Assembly: GCA_002811645.1 (NCBI GenBank)
Contig: PDIP01000032.1
Location: 339,213-403,212 of the forward strand
Direction: 5' to 3'
Length of the DNA: 64,000 nucleotides
From: Corallochytrium limacisporum Hawaii
Lineage: Eukaryota > Protista > Pluriformea
Both the position numbers and the translations under genes were made by a program. Below the pieces are notes generated by a model that was given only the letters and a program-made list of their open reading frames with translations, ran no database searches and had not been told where the DNA came from. This document shows positions 46,471 to 58,628 of this stretch, in pieces (positions within the stretch are counted from its first letter, which is position 1; each line of letters starts with the position of its first letter).

Positions 46471-47676
46471 GATTCCTGATTTTATATCCAGCTACTACTT
46501 GCACAGAGATCCTGCTAGTAATTAGACAAGGTTTAACTTTGTCGCATCAAGAACCGCCAAGTGACACACAGAAATATACATTCCTATATTGAACCAGAGC
46601 AATCTTAGCAACCCAGTTCAACTGGGTTGCTCAAGATCACTGGAACACTCTCGCCTCAAATAGGCAGTTTGTGCTCTAGACTAGAGCATAAATTTCTCCA
46701 TTCCGCCATTGGCTCTGCGCACGGGCGATGGACTAACGACCCGCGCGCCCAATTGTCGGTACGCGCCTGGTATCCTTGATATGCGCGCGACTGTCACACT
46801 GCGGCGCGCCCCCCAGCGAGGGAAGGGAGAGAGCGGCGGGCGGGAGGACAACACAGAGGAAGAGCGGGGCCCCAGCGAGACAAAGTCTATGCAGCACCGC
46901 CTCCCGCTGCTTGGCTTTGCTCACGGTCTTGCCAGCCAACGAGCGCCAGAGTGTGTGACCCGCCCCAACGCCCGTTTCTTTAGACGGGCGGGCTCCAGTG
47001 GCGGTATTTTTAGTATGGGACGCGGGTACTGGATGGACCGGGTTGAGTCTGGTGTTTTTTTTTTTTTTTTTTTCAAGTGGTCGCTCGGGCCCCCGACCCC
47101 GAAGTGTAGGTAATGGTAAGATCAAGTTTCACACACACGTTACGGACATGTCTGCCAATGACGAGCTTTCGGCTTTCCTACCCAATATACCGTAGTTTTC
47201 GATGAGATTGCTACGACAATGGATCTTGAGCTCGGAGCGCTGACACAAGGGTTGTGCGGGGCGAAAATTTGTCTTGCCCTTTTGTTCCTATGGGCTTGTG
47301 GAGCGAGCGATAGGAAGGCAGGAAAAGGGGCCCCGGCTGTACAGCCAATCACCACCGGATCCAAATAGATGATAACCTAATTAAATAATTTAAGGGCGGG
47401 CATAGTGTACAAAGGGCACAGGGCACGGACGAAAGGGAAAACAGCCAGCGGGGGCCCCCGAGTGTCCGCATTTCGTATTCGCTCAGGCATCGGCCGTTAC
47501 CAAGCCCTTACGGTCTGTCTGGAAATTCAAGTGAGAGCACACATCTTCGGAGATATTTAAGAGGTTGTTAGATGTGGCAGTGGAATTCCCCTTTGGAACA
47601 CAAGCGGAGACACAGAAGAGAACGACTTGCAGGCAAAGGAGGGTAGAACGATTTTGATCTCTCACTCGATCTAACG

Positions 47677-49008
47677 ATGGATATCGAGGACGCCATGGAA
47701 GTCGGCGAGCCCGCCGGAACCAGCCCTTCAGCCGATGAAGGGTACGATGTAGAGGACATCGATTTCGATATCATCGAGAACAATATAGATCTAGAAACCC
47801 TTGCCACTAGCTACACGGGAAACATTCGGATACAGCATCTACTCTACGTAGCTGGACGGTCAAGCCCATTGCGTCAGAGCGCCCTCGAACTTGTTGAGCA
47901 CTACATTAAGGAGGACACATGGAACACACAGCTGTACCGAGAGGTTGCTGAGCAATTAAAACAAATGGACTCCAACTTTCAGCCCAACTACCACTGGGCA
48001 GAGGACATTGACCAACAAGCTGCCCAACAGAAAGATCGCCTGGAGGCTGACTTGAAGCTGCACAAGGACTCTCACATCAAGGAGAGCATTCGACTGGGAC
48101 AGCACGATCTGGCGACTTTCTTCTACAAGAAGGGTGAACTACAGAATGCGAACCGCCATTACCATCGCACACGAGACTACTGCACAAATAGTCGATACAT
48201 GCTGCAAATGTGCATGGACATTGTCCAAGTGGATGTAGAGCTGGGAAGCTGGAAGAGTATTCCGCAATTTGTACAAAAGGCTGAGACATTTGCAGAGTAT
48301 GCGCAAGAACCCAAGATCCAAGCCAAGTTGAATTGTGCTGCAGCACTGGCTTCACTACACGCCGGCAATTACGAGGGCTGTGCCATGTCCTTGCTCAAAG
48401 TTCCGTACGATCAGGTCAACAACATTACAAGCATCATGAGCGGAGCCGATGTTGCTACCCACACCGCCCTGTGTGCTCTCGCCACCTTCGATTTGCAGCG
48501 ACTGAAGCGCAATGTCTATGAGAACGCTCAGTTCTCATCGTTTCTAGAGTTTGCACCGGAAATGCGCAGTATCCTGAGCGGATTCGTCAACAGCAAATAT
48601 GCGGAGTGTCTGAGTCTATTGGAACGCCATCGTAATGACTATCTGTTAAACATGCATCTCAGCGCTCACATTGACAAACTGTGTACCGAGATTCGCACCC
48701 TGAGCATGGTTCAGTACTTTAGTCCATTCGTGAGCGTGAACCTGGCGACCATGGCACGGAACTTCAACACTGACTTGGACGGTCTTGAAAAGGAGCTCAT
48801 CAAGCTCATTATGAACGATGCTATCGAAGCCCGCATCGACTCGGACCGGAAAATCCTGCAGAAGCGAGTAGTAAACGAACAGCAGGCCACGTTCCAAAAG
48901 GCCCTCCGCGTCGGTGAAGAATATGGCCGCAATGTCACGGCTTTGCTTCTGCGGACGGCATTGATTAAGGAGGGTCTCGTCATTGGTAATAAGAGCACCG
49001 GCAATTGA
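47677..49008 (+). CDS. GPS1: COP9 signalosome subunit 1 (RPN7 + PCI domains)
   Basis: LETLATSYTG, IKESIRLG, RTRDYCT, ALCALATF..L, QYFSPFVSV and IEARIDS. Confidence 0.95.
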   Translation: MDIEDAMEVGEPAGTSPSADEGYDVEDIDFDIIENNIDLETLATSYTGNIRIQHLLYVAGRSSPLRQSALELVEHYIKEDTWNTQLYREVAEQLKQMDSNFQPNYHWAEDIDQQAAQQKDRLEADLKLHKDSHIKESIRLGQHDLATFFYKKGELQNANRHYHRTRDYCTNSRYMLQMCMDIVQVDVELGSWKSIPQFVQKAETFAEYAQEPKIQAKLNCAAALASLHAGNYEGCAMSLLKVPYDQVNNITSIMSGADVATHTALCALATFDLQRLKRNVYENAQFSSFLEFAPEMRSILSGFVNSKYAECLSLLERHRNDYLLNMHLSAHIDKLCTEIRTLSMVQYFSPFVSVNLATMARNFNTDLDGLEKELIKLIMNDAIEARIDSDRKILQKRVVNEQQATFQKALRVGEEYGRNVTALLLRTALIKEGLVIGNKSTGN

Positions 49009-49216
49009 ACAAGACTTGGAATATCAAACGGCACAGCACTGTTTTACGTCAAGGATTTCTATTTTCTTTATCATTGAACCCATGATTAATGTGATGCAAT
49101 CGTACTACTATGCTAAAACTGAATCTCTGGTAGAACAACTGTTCTTGATACTACCGAGAAGATGATCATATGACGTCGGATGAGGCTCTGCCCTCATGCA
49201 CGACAAAGGAAACTAT

Positions 49217-50254
49217 TTACATTAGAGTGTCAGAAGACTCAGAGCCACGGAGATTGGAAGGAACAACATGGTGCACAACTCCACTGATGGAACCAAGCAG
49301 CTTGAGCTGGCCCCGAGGTCTGTCAAGCTTGCTCTTCATCTTGTAAATGTGCCATTTCTTGCGGCTCTCGTCGTGCCAGTTTGTCTTCCAGGTCACACGA
49401 CCGTCATTGATGCGCATGAGCTTGGCCTTGGCATTTTCAGCACCAAGCAAACTCTGCTGAGTGGCAATTACGGCCACCTCTTCAACACCAGCGACAGTTT
49501 TGGGTCCTGTGTAGTAGTAGCCCTCGGACACGGGCAAGAAACCAGTAAGACTAAGTTTGCGCATGTTCCACAAGGCACATGTGTTCCAGGGAGCAGTCAG
49601 GCCGTCGAGTTCGTGTTCCCCTTCGCGGTGCCTGTGGCCCTTGTCCGGGAAAGCAGACCCAACGACCAGCGTGTCCTCGTCCATGACTTCGACAAGATCA
49701 TGGATGGTGAATTCACGGCACTGAACTTCTACGCTGGCAAACAGAATCTGATCCGCTCCGTGCATGGCAGCGCTCTGGACCAGCGTGTTCAAGGCAGGCA
49801 CAAAGTGACCCCACTGGGGAACTACCAATACCTCTATCTCGACAGATACGGACCCTTCAAGGTCCTGCATGGCCTTCCGCACTCCATTCACAAGCGCGTC
49901 GTTCGCTCCATCAACTGCAACTCCCACCCATGTGCTGTAGGCCTGAGCGTTAATGACAAAGTTCTTTAGCATTTCGATATCCCGGTCATTGGTAGCCTGA
50001 TCCGCGTTTCGTCGGTGCACACGCGTTGCCGTGTAAATCAATGGTAGTGATGGTGAAAACCGCAGTTCACTCTCTGATTCCGCCGTGCTGGGCTGTGACA
50101 TACTTTCCTCATTCTGTGAGACACGTTTCGTGCCAGTGGCCCGTGAGGAGAGCGTTAAAGTGGTGGCGAGACTCTTTGCATCGTTGAAGACAGACCGTGC
50201 ACCGCTACTGCGGCCGCGTCTTCCTATCCGCTTTGCTGGCGTTGAAACCCCCAT
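49217..50254 (-). CDS. Uncharacterised protein, possibly GT-A-like fold
   Basis: Long ORF with globular composition after a disordered N-terminus; motif-like WGHFVPALN, ILFASVE, TAPWNTCALWN and GVEEV. First ATG at 50254. Confidence 0.7.
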   Translation of the reverse strand: MGVSTPAKRIGRRGRSSGARSVFNDAKSLATTLTLSSRATGTKRVSQNEESMSQPSTAESESELRFSPSLPLIYTATRVHRRNADQATNDRDIEMLKNFVINAQAYSTWVGVAVDGANDALVNGVRKAMQDLEGSVSVEIEVLVVPQWGHFVPALNTLVQSAAMHGADQILFASVEVQCREFTIHDLVEVMDEDTLVVGSAFPDKGHRHREGEHELDGLTAPWNTCALWNMRKLSLTGFLPVSEGYYYTGPKTVAGVEEVAVIATQQSLLGAENAKAKLMRINDGRVTWKTNWHDESRKKWHIYKMKSKLDRPRGQLKLLGSISGVVHHVVPSNLRGSESSDTLM

Positions 50255-53200
50255 CGTTGATTCGAGGGATTCTCTATCTGTGTTTTTCAAATATAAGTCA
50301 CTTTCGGTCGCGTCAGACCATCATATCCTGCTGATTACCCATTTACTTCCAAAAAGCGGTGAGTGTGTTATAAGTCTAGCTCCTGAAGAAATACGTCCAC
50401 AGCAGTCCTTTAAGGGAACCAGTGATTCGTCAAATACCCAATAGAAACAAAGAGCTTCCCACCATAGTCAAGTATGTCTATCTCTTGCGATGACGCATGC
50501 CATGACCTGCCACACGCGACGCACTCCATTGGCAGGAATGGCCCCAAATGTAACGGTACATTCGTCACAAGCCGGTACGTTCCGTGACAAGATGGACCTA
50601 TGACGAGCACGAAAGCTTTGGATGCGCCATAGAACGGAAGGCCCAACCAACCGCGGCCCCATAGTATGGCAATACTCGAAACGCACCAGTCACACCTTCG
50701 TATCCGTGGCGGTGTTTGCGTGTGTGTGTCCCCGTCAACGCACGATCTGGTCCATCGGCGTGTGCTCGGTTGCTGACTTTCTTCTTATTTTATCGATGGT
50801 GCTGGGCCACCCACCGTTGTGACCGTCTGCAACAAAGACCGGTTTCGCAAGCAGAAAAAAAAAGTTTCTCACCCCGAGCAAAACTCCTAGTCACATCCGA
50901 CCCAAAATGCTCCCACCGCGAAACAACCGTCCCCAACCCAACCCCGGGGCAGGAAAGAGTCTCCAACTCCGGCTACCCTCTCTACACCTCTCCTCTCCTT
51001 CACTTTCTTTGCGTCTATCGCCGCTCATAGTTTTCTTCTATAATTTTCATCAGGCCTCCTCCTCCCCAGCCTTCCCTTTGTCTTGGGTGAACAGGAGCGT
51101 AACACCACCACCCACCGCCCTTTGCTTGCTGTCTTCGGGGTTACCCCGCGCTACTCTCCCCCCCGCCTCCCTCCTTTTTTTTCCCTTTTTCTTGCGAGCG
51201 GGTCGTCACATAAAAAGAGACACACACACGCTTAAAAAGGGACAAAAGGCGAAATTTAAAAAAGAAAAGCCAAAACGACCGGCGGTGGGGTAGGGGCAGG
51301 GCCCCGGGGAAAGCAGGAGAGGAGGGGCGTAGGAAGAAAAAGGGACGGGACTAAGGCAGAGACGATTTGGCTACCAGGGCAAAATGTGGGGAGGAGGCGG
51401 CCCCCCCCGCCCCCGGGGGGGGGGGAGGGGGAAGGACACACACCACGCACCGGGGGGTGGGTCACTTCGGTCCTCGCTTGTCACCGAATCGATCCGGTTC
51501 GTTTCGGGCCAGTTGTGGGGCCCTGTCGCTGGCGTTGCTGCGTCAGGCAGGGGCAGACACGGAGTTAGGGGTCCCAACGTTCCCAAAAAAGCCTGACACT
51601 GGCACGACGGTCGGTGTGACTCTGCAAGAACTCTCTCCGTCTCTCTCACTATATCTAATCTCGCCACACATCCGGTAGCTTGGTGCGCCTGAAGGGAATG
51701 AAAAGTTTTTCTTCCTTCTTTCCCGCGCCTGGTCCAATCTGATAGTGAACACACTGTAGAAATCATGGACTACCCCTGGAAGCAACCCAGGAGTTGATGG
51801 ATGAGGGCGGCGGTGCAAGCAGGAGAGGGAGGAAATGGGGGGAAAGTGTGTTCAGTGTTTCCCCCCCTTTTACTTTCTTGCTCCTGAAATAGTGCGATGG
51901 TGGATCACCGAGGACTAAATTTACCATCGTCCCTGCCGTCGAGAACACGCGAGTTATTTTTTGCTTGAAAAAGCAGGGGAAGGACCTAAGCGGGGTTTGG
52001 TTTGGTCACTCCGGTCGGGGGCCCATTTTATCAACAGGACGGGAGGTGGTGGCTCGGTCAGTGCAGTGAATTCGGTAGTGAAAGTATTTGAGTGAGGTCT
52101 CGTTCGTTATCGTTCCGGAAGTCGTCATCTTCAGTTGACCGACTGTGACTTGGCCGGTGGTGCGTGGCCAGCTGCACCGCAATGCAAGTTTGCTTGAACC
52201 AATGGTAGGTGCCAGTGGAAAGCAAGAGACTTGGGTTTGACTACGTGACATGTACCATCCTACGGCACAGTTTTTGATATTGGCAGCAAACCAGTTAGGC
52301 TGGTGCATGGCCTATGAGAGGTCCGAGTTTTGCCCTGTGTACCCGGGGGAACCGGCACACGGACCGCACAGAGTTGGTCGCTTTGCGTTTTCGTTTGTGG
52401 GGTCCGTTCCGGTCTGTCACCGATTTGAATGGCGCCAGCCCTGCCCCTCCATCTGTACCCATCAGGTGATGCTTGGGCCTCCCCCCCCCTCCCTTCCCTT
52501 CCCTTCTTCTCCTTCCCCAGAGCGTTGGCTAGTGTTCCGTGTCTCGTCATTAACGGAATGAAATGCTAGCGAATTCACATGGCATGGAAGCATGAATGAC
52601 CGCAATCTTAAACAACAACAGGAGTGATGTGATTCCTAATGGGAACGCGATCTTTAAAACAAAATGCTGTTCCTTCTTCACTCGGTCCGTTGGCACCTGC
52701 TTTTCGGTTGGCTGAAGCATTAGATGCCACTGATGGGATTGAAAGCGGCGGCGGTTGATGACGAAAGCATACGTAGCGTAAGCCACGCTAATTTTGTACC
52801 GAACGCGTGGTAGACACTACGGCTGTTTTGGCTTTGGTCCCCTCCCCCCTCCTCCTCCCAATGGACCTGCTGGGCCCCACCTCACAACGGGGTCACTCGG
52901 CCCTAAGGGAATGTTACCTGCTGGTGATACACTAGTATGACTTGCCATTGTCGAACATCCAAGTGATTTTGGCAGACGGCAGTCCGCAAGAGGTACATAC
53001 TTGCATGCATCGGTCGTTACCATCGTTCGGCGCATTGGTGATGCGCAATTCATTCTAACCGTCTGGTAGCCAATGGCCCGCACCGACAATACATACCAAC
53101 TGGACTAGCAAATTGGATTATCACTGTATAGATTCAGTGATTCAAATTCCTCAAATCGATCCCTGGGGGCATCTACGGCGCCCAAAAAACAAAACCACCC

Positions 53201-53346
53201 TAAGAGGACACGGGCGATTGAAGGGCTTTGGTACTTCAATGACAACTTGTCCATTATCATATGATCCCCCCACAGTACATAATACGATACTGTACAGACC
53301 AAGGAGGTAACGATGAGATAGCGGGCAAGTCATATATTGTGCAAGA

Positions 53347-54762
53347 ATGGCAGATGATCCTGAGTCCGGTTGGGTGGACGAGGACAATGACCTGGCTTGC
53401 GTGTCTGCCGCATTCCTGAGCTATGAGAAGTTTGCATTGAAGCGCGTCGAACTGTATGAACGGAATGTATCACGACTCCAGCTGAAAGGAGTGGACGCTG
53501 AACTGCTTGGTCCTCTACTGGAAAGTAAGATTGTCGAGCTCAAGAAATGTATCTCAGTGAACCAGCACTTTTTGTCGCGGGTAGTATCTGCCGTTGGCTT
53601 TCCAAAGCCGAAGGCGGAACACTTTGAGGCCATTGGGCAGTTCGAGTTCTCGAAGATATCTAGTGCCCTGCTTCACGTCGCGCGGGACTGGTCATCTGAG
53701 GGCAGGCTCGAACGGCGTCAGTCATACGGATGGATTCTTACGGAGTTGAACCGGATCTATCCGTCACGGGATGACCGGGACGGAATAGAAGTCCTTGTAC
53801 CAGGTTGTGGCGCTGGACGATTAGTTTTTGAACTTGCTCGTGCCGGGTATCATACTCAAGGCAACGAATACACGGCTGTCATGCTGGCAATCTCTGATTT
53901 TATGCTGAACCACGCCGGAACATGGAAGCCATCCAAACCCGAGGCAGTAAACGAAGGCGCCGAGGGAGAACAGATTTTGGCAACGTCGACCATTTCGCCT
54001 GGTAATCCGGATATTTCAGAAGAGCCATCAGATGACCAGACGCAGCAGTCACCACTTGCTAAAGCTCGGTACCCAAACCGTCCTGCTGTTGGAGGTGATG
54101 GGGCTCAAGCACGCAACCACAATTGGAGTCTCCATGCGGTGCATCCGTGGGTCCTTAGCTTCAACAATATCAGTGCGCTCGATGATCAAACATACAGAGT
54201 CATGGTACCAGATCGCTGTCCCAGCAATCATGTGGGGCCGGTACGAAGTCAGTCCTTGGATGAGTCTGCAATGGACGAAGAGAATCAGCCGAATGATGAC
54301 GATACCGCCAGCAGCCGAACTGGTGGTGGTAGGGGCAGCCTCACGAACAACACCGCACCCATGAGTATGTGCTGTGGAGAGTTTGTGCAGTCTTATGGGC
54401 CTACCAATCTTATGGCGGGATCCCAATTCGACGTGATCGCGACGTGCTTTTTCATTGACACAGCGCGGAACTTCACAACGTACCTAGACACCATTGAGCA
54501 CCTTCTGAGAGATGGAGGGAGATGGATCAATATTGGGCCGTTGCTGTGGCATTTTAGTGACATGCCGAACGAGGAGACCGTAGAGTTTACTTGGAAGGAG
54601 ATCTTCCTCATCATGCGTAGCCGTGGTTTCACGGTCCAGCGCTTCAGTCAAGTCGATTGCATCTACACAGCAGCCCCGCGTCGCGGGATGACGCAACTAT
54701 ACCATTGTATGGCTTTTGTGGCGGAGTATTCACCGGACGGGCAGGTTGACCTCAGTCCATGA
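53347..54762 (+). CDS. CARNMT1: Carnosine N-methyltransferase / N2227-like SAM-dependent methyltransferase
   Basis: VARDWSSEG..ER, VLVPGCGAGRL, QGNE, TCFFIDTA and WINIGPLLWHF. Confidence 0.93.
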   Translation: MADDPESGWVDEDNDLACVSAAFLSYEKFALKRVELYERNVSRLQLKGVDAELLGPLLESKIVELKKCISVNQHFLSRVVSAVGFPKPKAEHFEAIGQFEFSKISSALLHVARDWSSEGRLERRQSYGWILTELNRIYPSRDDRDGIEVLVPGCGAGRLVFELARAGYHTQGNEYTAVMLAISDFMLNHAGTWKPSKPEAVNEGAEGEQILATSTISPGNPDISEEPSDDQTQQSPLAKARYPNRPAVGGDGAQARNHNWSLHAVHPWVLSFNNISALDDQTYRVMVPDRCPSNHVGPVRSQSLDESAMDEENQPNDDDTASSRTGGGRGSLTNNTAPMSMCCGEFVQSYGPTNLMAGSQFDVIATCFFIDTARNFTTYLDTIEHLLRDGGRWINIGPLLWHFSDMPNEETVEFTWKEIFLIMRSRGFTVQRFSQVDCIYTAAPRRGMTQLYHCMAFVAEYSPDGQVDLSP

Positions 54763-54806
54763 AGGATGCTAAAGAATGATTACATGTATCTATAATATTA
54801 ACTACG

Positions 54807-56861
54807 CTACCGCTGCAAGATCCGCAGATCACGACGTTTTGGACTAAGAAGTGAATGTACCGGCTCTCGGAATTCCTCTGCTTCGATCAGTTCCACAAGA
54901 TCAACCAGGTCCATGGGCCTTGCCGATGATGACGAAATGTTAGTTGCCGTCATTGTGATCGAGCCAACATGCGGTGGCGAAGAAGGCATCTTCCCCATCA
55001 TGGAAAGCTGACGCACGGTGGAAGGCCGGTAGATCGTCTGATGGTTTGCAACCGGCCGCTGATGCGAAACTTCGTTCTTTGGCTGCTCCGGGTGCCGCTG
55101 CTGCTGAGGATTGCGCTGTCCCTGCAGATCGCGGTATATGCGGTACGTCAGATCACCCTGCGACGGTTCCAGGACCGAATGAGTGGTATCATTCCGCACA
55201 GTATGTGGCGGAGATGGTGCGGATGGCGTTGGATGGAAATGGTCATGAGTGGGCGGGAGATGTTGGGTTGCCGGGTTATTGAAGCTCACCTGGCGGGCAG
55301 CTGGTCGCTCCACCGGGCCACCGCTAGTTCCTGGGGCGACCTGCATAGCCGGTATGTATCCCATCTCTTCGAGTTCCCGAGGACCGTACATCGTCGGGGA
55401 TGCAGGTTCCCGCGCAAATTGACTCGGGTGCGGCTCCTTATAGATGGGCGCATGACGAATCGGTGAAGTCGCCACATCCTTGGTTTCGGTTGCTACCTGT
55501 GGAGGTGAAGATGGGGGCTTTGCGGCATTAGACGTTTGAGTATGCATCTGATGATCATAGTGACTGTGAATCGCTGTGCGCATTCCGCTGACAGCTGCCT
55601 GTGTCTGTGCCATCGAAGCGGGCACCTGTCTCGGCTCCATGCCCACACCTGTACTCGCGTTCAGATCCCCAGCCGCCTCGGAGCCGACAGAAACATAGCT
55701 CACGTCAGTTTGTTGCGGAACCTCCGCTGAGTCCGCTGCAGATGCCACGCGCACATGACGAGGACTGAATTCGCCTGGTACCACCACGCCGGCATCGATG
55801 TAGATCTTCCGGTCAGTCTGACACATCGTTTCCGCGACGGAAGCGATGGCATTGACACTGGCATCCTGTTTTTCATACTTGATTTCCTCGATCTTTTGTC
55901 GCAGTCCTTCCTGGGACGACTCAAGTTGAGAAATCTGCTTCAGTGCGGACGTCAAGCGGGTCCGTAGCTCTTGATTTTCCGCAAGCAGTTCGTCCCGCTG
56001 CTGTTGTAATGTATCGTTCTCGCTTGTCAGCTTCCCTTTGTTCATGGTAAAATCCCTGTTGGCCTTGTCCAATTGATTTTCTGCCCTTGCAAGTCGTTCA
56101 ATGATTTTCTTAACTTTGGCCTTCTCTTCCGGTGCAAGTTCCTGGATCGTTGGCCCACCTGAAACGTCTGAGCCGACAATTGCCGAAGAGTTGTGAATCT
56201 GCTCAGCAGGCTGCGATGCCTGACTCATATTTCCCAGAGCCCGTTCTACAGCCAAGAAGGAAGTGTTGAGTCCGACGCTCGCGCTCAGCGAGCTTTCATC
56301 AGCTAGACCAGCAGGCTTCTTGCTTCCCTTCTCAGTGAAGGACACTTTGACCCTGGATCCACCCAATGCCTGATTCATTGCCCTGCTGAGGCTTGTGCCC
56401 GCCTGTGTTGGCGCAGATGCCTTAAACTTTGCTGTCCGGGAAGGAGAGGCGACCTTTTGCTTCTGTTTAGCTTTGCTGGCTACTGTGGACGACGTGAGAG
56501 AAATGGATGATTCCGATCCTCGTGGTGTTTCCGTCCTCACAGGTTGGTCGTCTCTTTTCTTCTCCTGTTTTGCCTGCTGTGGTCCGTTTGCCCGCTTCGG
56601 GGACACCTGTGGGATTCTCGATTTTGGTTGTTGGACAGCTGCAGCACCCCGTTCCGCTGCCTCGTCTGTTCGAAGCACTGTACGGCGCCCCTCCGGAGAC
56701 TTAGACCGTTTCAGGGCTCCTCGCTTAGTTACCACAGTCCTATCTTGCTTGTGGATCGGATCGCTCTTTGCATGGCCTTCCCATTCCAGCACATAACGCA
56801 TCGCTTCCGGCTCCGTTTCGGACGAGATCAGATCATCCTCAAGCTCTTGACGGGTACTCAT
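54807..56861 (-). CDS. Coiled-coil, mostly disordered protein with a hinderin/KIAA1328-like motif
   Basis: 684 aa ORF. IQELAPEEKAKVKKIIERLAR followed by a long heptad region resembles the KIAA1328 core as I recall it. The CDS is firm; the family is tentative. Confidence 0.6.
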   Translation of the reverse strand: MSTRQELEDDLISSETEPEAMRYVLEWEGHAKSDPIHKQDRTVVTKRGALKRSKSPEGRRTVLRTDEAAERGAAAVQQPKSRIPQVSPKRANGPQQAKQEKKRDDQPVRTETPRGSESSISLTSSTVASKAKQKQKVASPSRTAKFKASAPTQAGTSLSRAMNQALGGSRVKVSFTEKGSKKPAGLADESSLSASVGLNTSFLAVERALGNMSQASQPAEQIHNSSAIVGSDVSGGPTIQELAPEEKAKVKKIIERLARAENQLDKANRDFTMNKGKLTSENDTLQQQRDELLAENQELRTRLTSALKQISQLESSQEGLRQKIEEIKYEKQDASVNAIASVAETMCQTDRKIYIDAGVVVPGEFSPRHVRVASAADSAEVPQQTDVSYVSVGSEAAGDLNASTGVGMEPRQVPASMAQTQAAVSGMRTAIHSHYDHQMHTQTSNAAKPPSSPPQVATETKDVATSPIRHAPIYKEPHPSQFAREPASPTMYGPRELEEMGYIPAMQVAPGTSGGPVERPAARQVSFNNPATQHLPPTHDHFHPTPSAPSPPHTVRNDTTHSVLEPSQGDLTYRIYRDLQGQRNPQQQRHPEQPKNEVSHQRPVANHQTIYRPSTVRQLSMMGKMPSSPPHVGSITMTATNISSSSARPMDLVDLVELIEAEEFREPVHSLLSPKRRDLRILQR

Positions 56862-57877
56862 GACTACGTACTTGGTGCTAGTCTTCCGCAGTGACCTCTA
56901 CATAGTTCCCGTATGATCATCACTAGTCCCATTCGCACCATTAGGTTCATAGAAGTCTCCAAATTCGACAACCCGAGGCTGTGCTGGCGTGAGTGAGTCT
57001 CTCACAAGTACCCGGGTTTCTCGGATCCCAGCTTTTCCTTGCCCATCCCGCGACAACCCACCAAGCCGCGCCAAAATGAGCGCAGGTAAAATGAACTCCG
57101 GAAACAACGGAGACCCGAAGAAAACAATACAATAGTCCGTATATATAAGTTCCAAATGGGCCGAACTGTGACATATTATTTGCAGCTGTTCTGTTCCTGA
57201 AACATCTTCGTATTTCAAAATTCCGTATATAATATATGAAGCTGGTACTTTCAGTACCGGCCGGCGCCGCCCCCACCAAACCCCTCGAGACCCCCTAAAC
57301 CCGAGGACCGCACTGCCGGAAACGCTAATGGAACTGAGGATTTGGGGTTGGGGGAAGAATTTGCGTAGAGTGAGCGAAGGGCCGCCCGCTTCGAGAAAAG
57401 TTGGTAGGGGGATATTAGGCGGCGCATAACAGCGGCCAGCGTTTCTTATTCGCAAAGGTCTCCTTTTTTAATTTCTGGCTTTTTTGGTTTTCTTTCTTTA
57501 TTTTCTATTTTCATAGTAACTCTACCCCCTCCTCCCTTCCTTTGGGTGCGCGCCGGTTGAAGTCGCAAGGTCAGCAAAAGGGACTCCCGTCCGCTCGATC
57601 TGATGATACCCATCCCATCCACACCAAAAACAAAAAAAAAAAGAAAAGTGAAAAGGCCGCTTGGGTCCCCCCACCGCACAGCCACACAGCCACACACAGT
57701 CAGAGCAAAACAGTGAACAAAAATATGGGGCGGGGGGAGGTGGTGCGAAATAACAGGTGCTCAACCTTTTAGAACCCTACGGCTCTTCCTTAATTTTTCT
57801 GCGTTTCTTTCTTTTCCTCCTCCCTGCCTAACCACCCCCCGCCCAAGGCGCGCCCGACCCTTTTCAGGAGGCCCTTG

Positions 57878-57909
<32 letters not shown>

Positions 57910-57953
57910 TCAGGGCTTTTTGGGCTCTGCGCCTCTGGCCGTATTTTTCTTGT

Positions 57954-57981
<28 letters not shown>
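57954..57981. repeat. GA dinucleotide microsatellite in the divergent promoter upstream of RAD6
   Basis: About 14 uninterrupted AG units. Confidence 0.9.
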
Positions 57982-57985
<4 letters not shown>

Positions 57986-58628
57986 CGTGGTGTTGCGTGC
58001 TGCGTGTATTATGCGTGCGCCGGCGTGTTGGCTGTCGGTGGGGCGGCCCGCCTTAGCTTAGGAGAGAGAGAGGGGGGGGGAGGCACCAGGCCGCGCTTTT
58101 GCGCTCTGCGGTGCGTCGCTCGCACTTGCGGGTTTTGGCTTTTTTTCTTGTCCTTGGTGGCAGCAGGTACCACCGGGCCCCGGCACCGTGACTGGGGACG
58201 AGCAGGCGAGCACTGACACATGTACACAGCGCAGTGCATCTGACGAGCCACCAGAACGCCGGATTACCTTACTGCAGTCTTCTCGAAGCTTTAATACACT
58301 TGATGTTGCACTATTCTAAGCGTAAAGATTTCATACGCATATCCTGTCACATGTCTTTCGTATCATTCTGCTCTTGCAAGCTATGTGATGGACAGTACTT
58401 AAGTTGACGGTAACGCGTTCCTATTGGTTTGGAATACACATCAAGAGAAGAACACTTCGTACAGGCGACAACAGTGGACGCGAATACACTGTCTACCTCA
58501 AACGACTGCAGGCGACAATAGAGACCAGGAAAATTTAAACACAGTATGTTAGAGGCTTTGAGCAGGGCATAGGTTCGAGCAAGACGAAATTGTAAAGTAA
58601 GTGGTATAGAAAGCAAAGCAGATCCACA

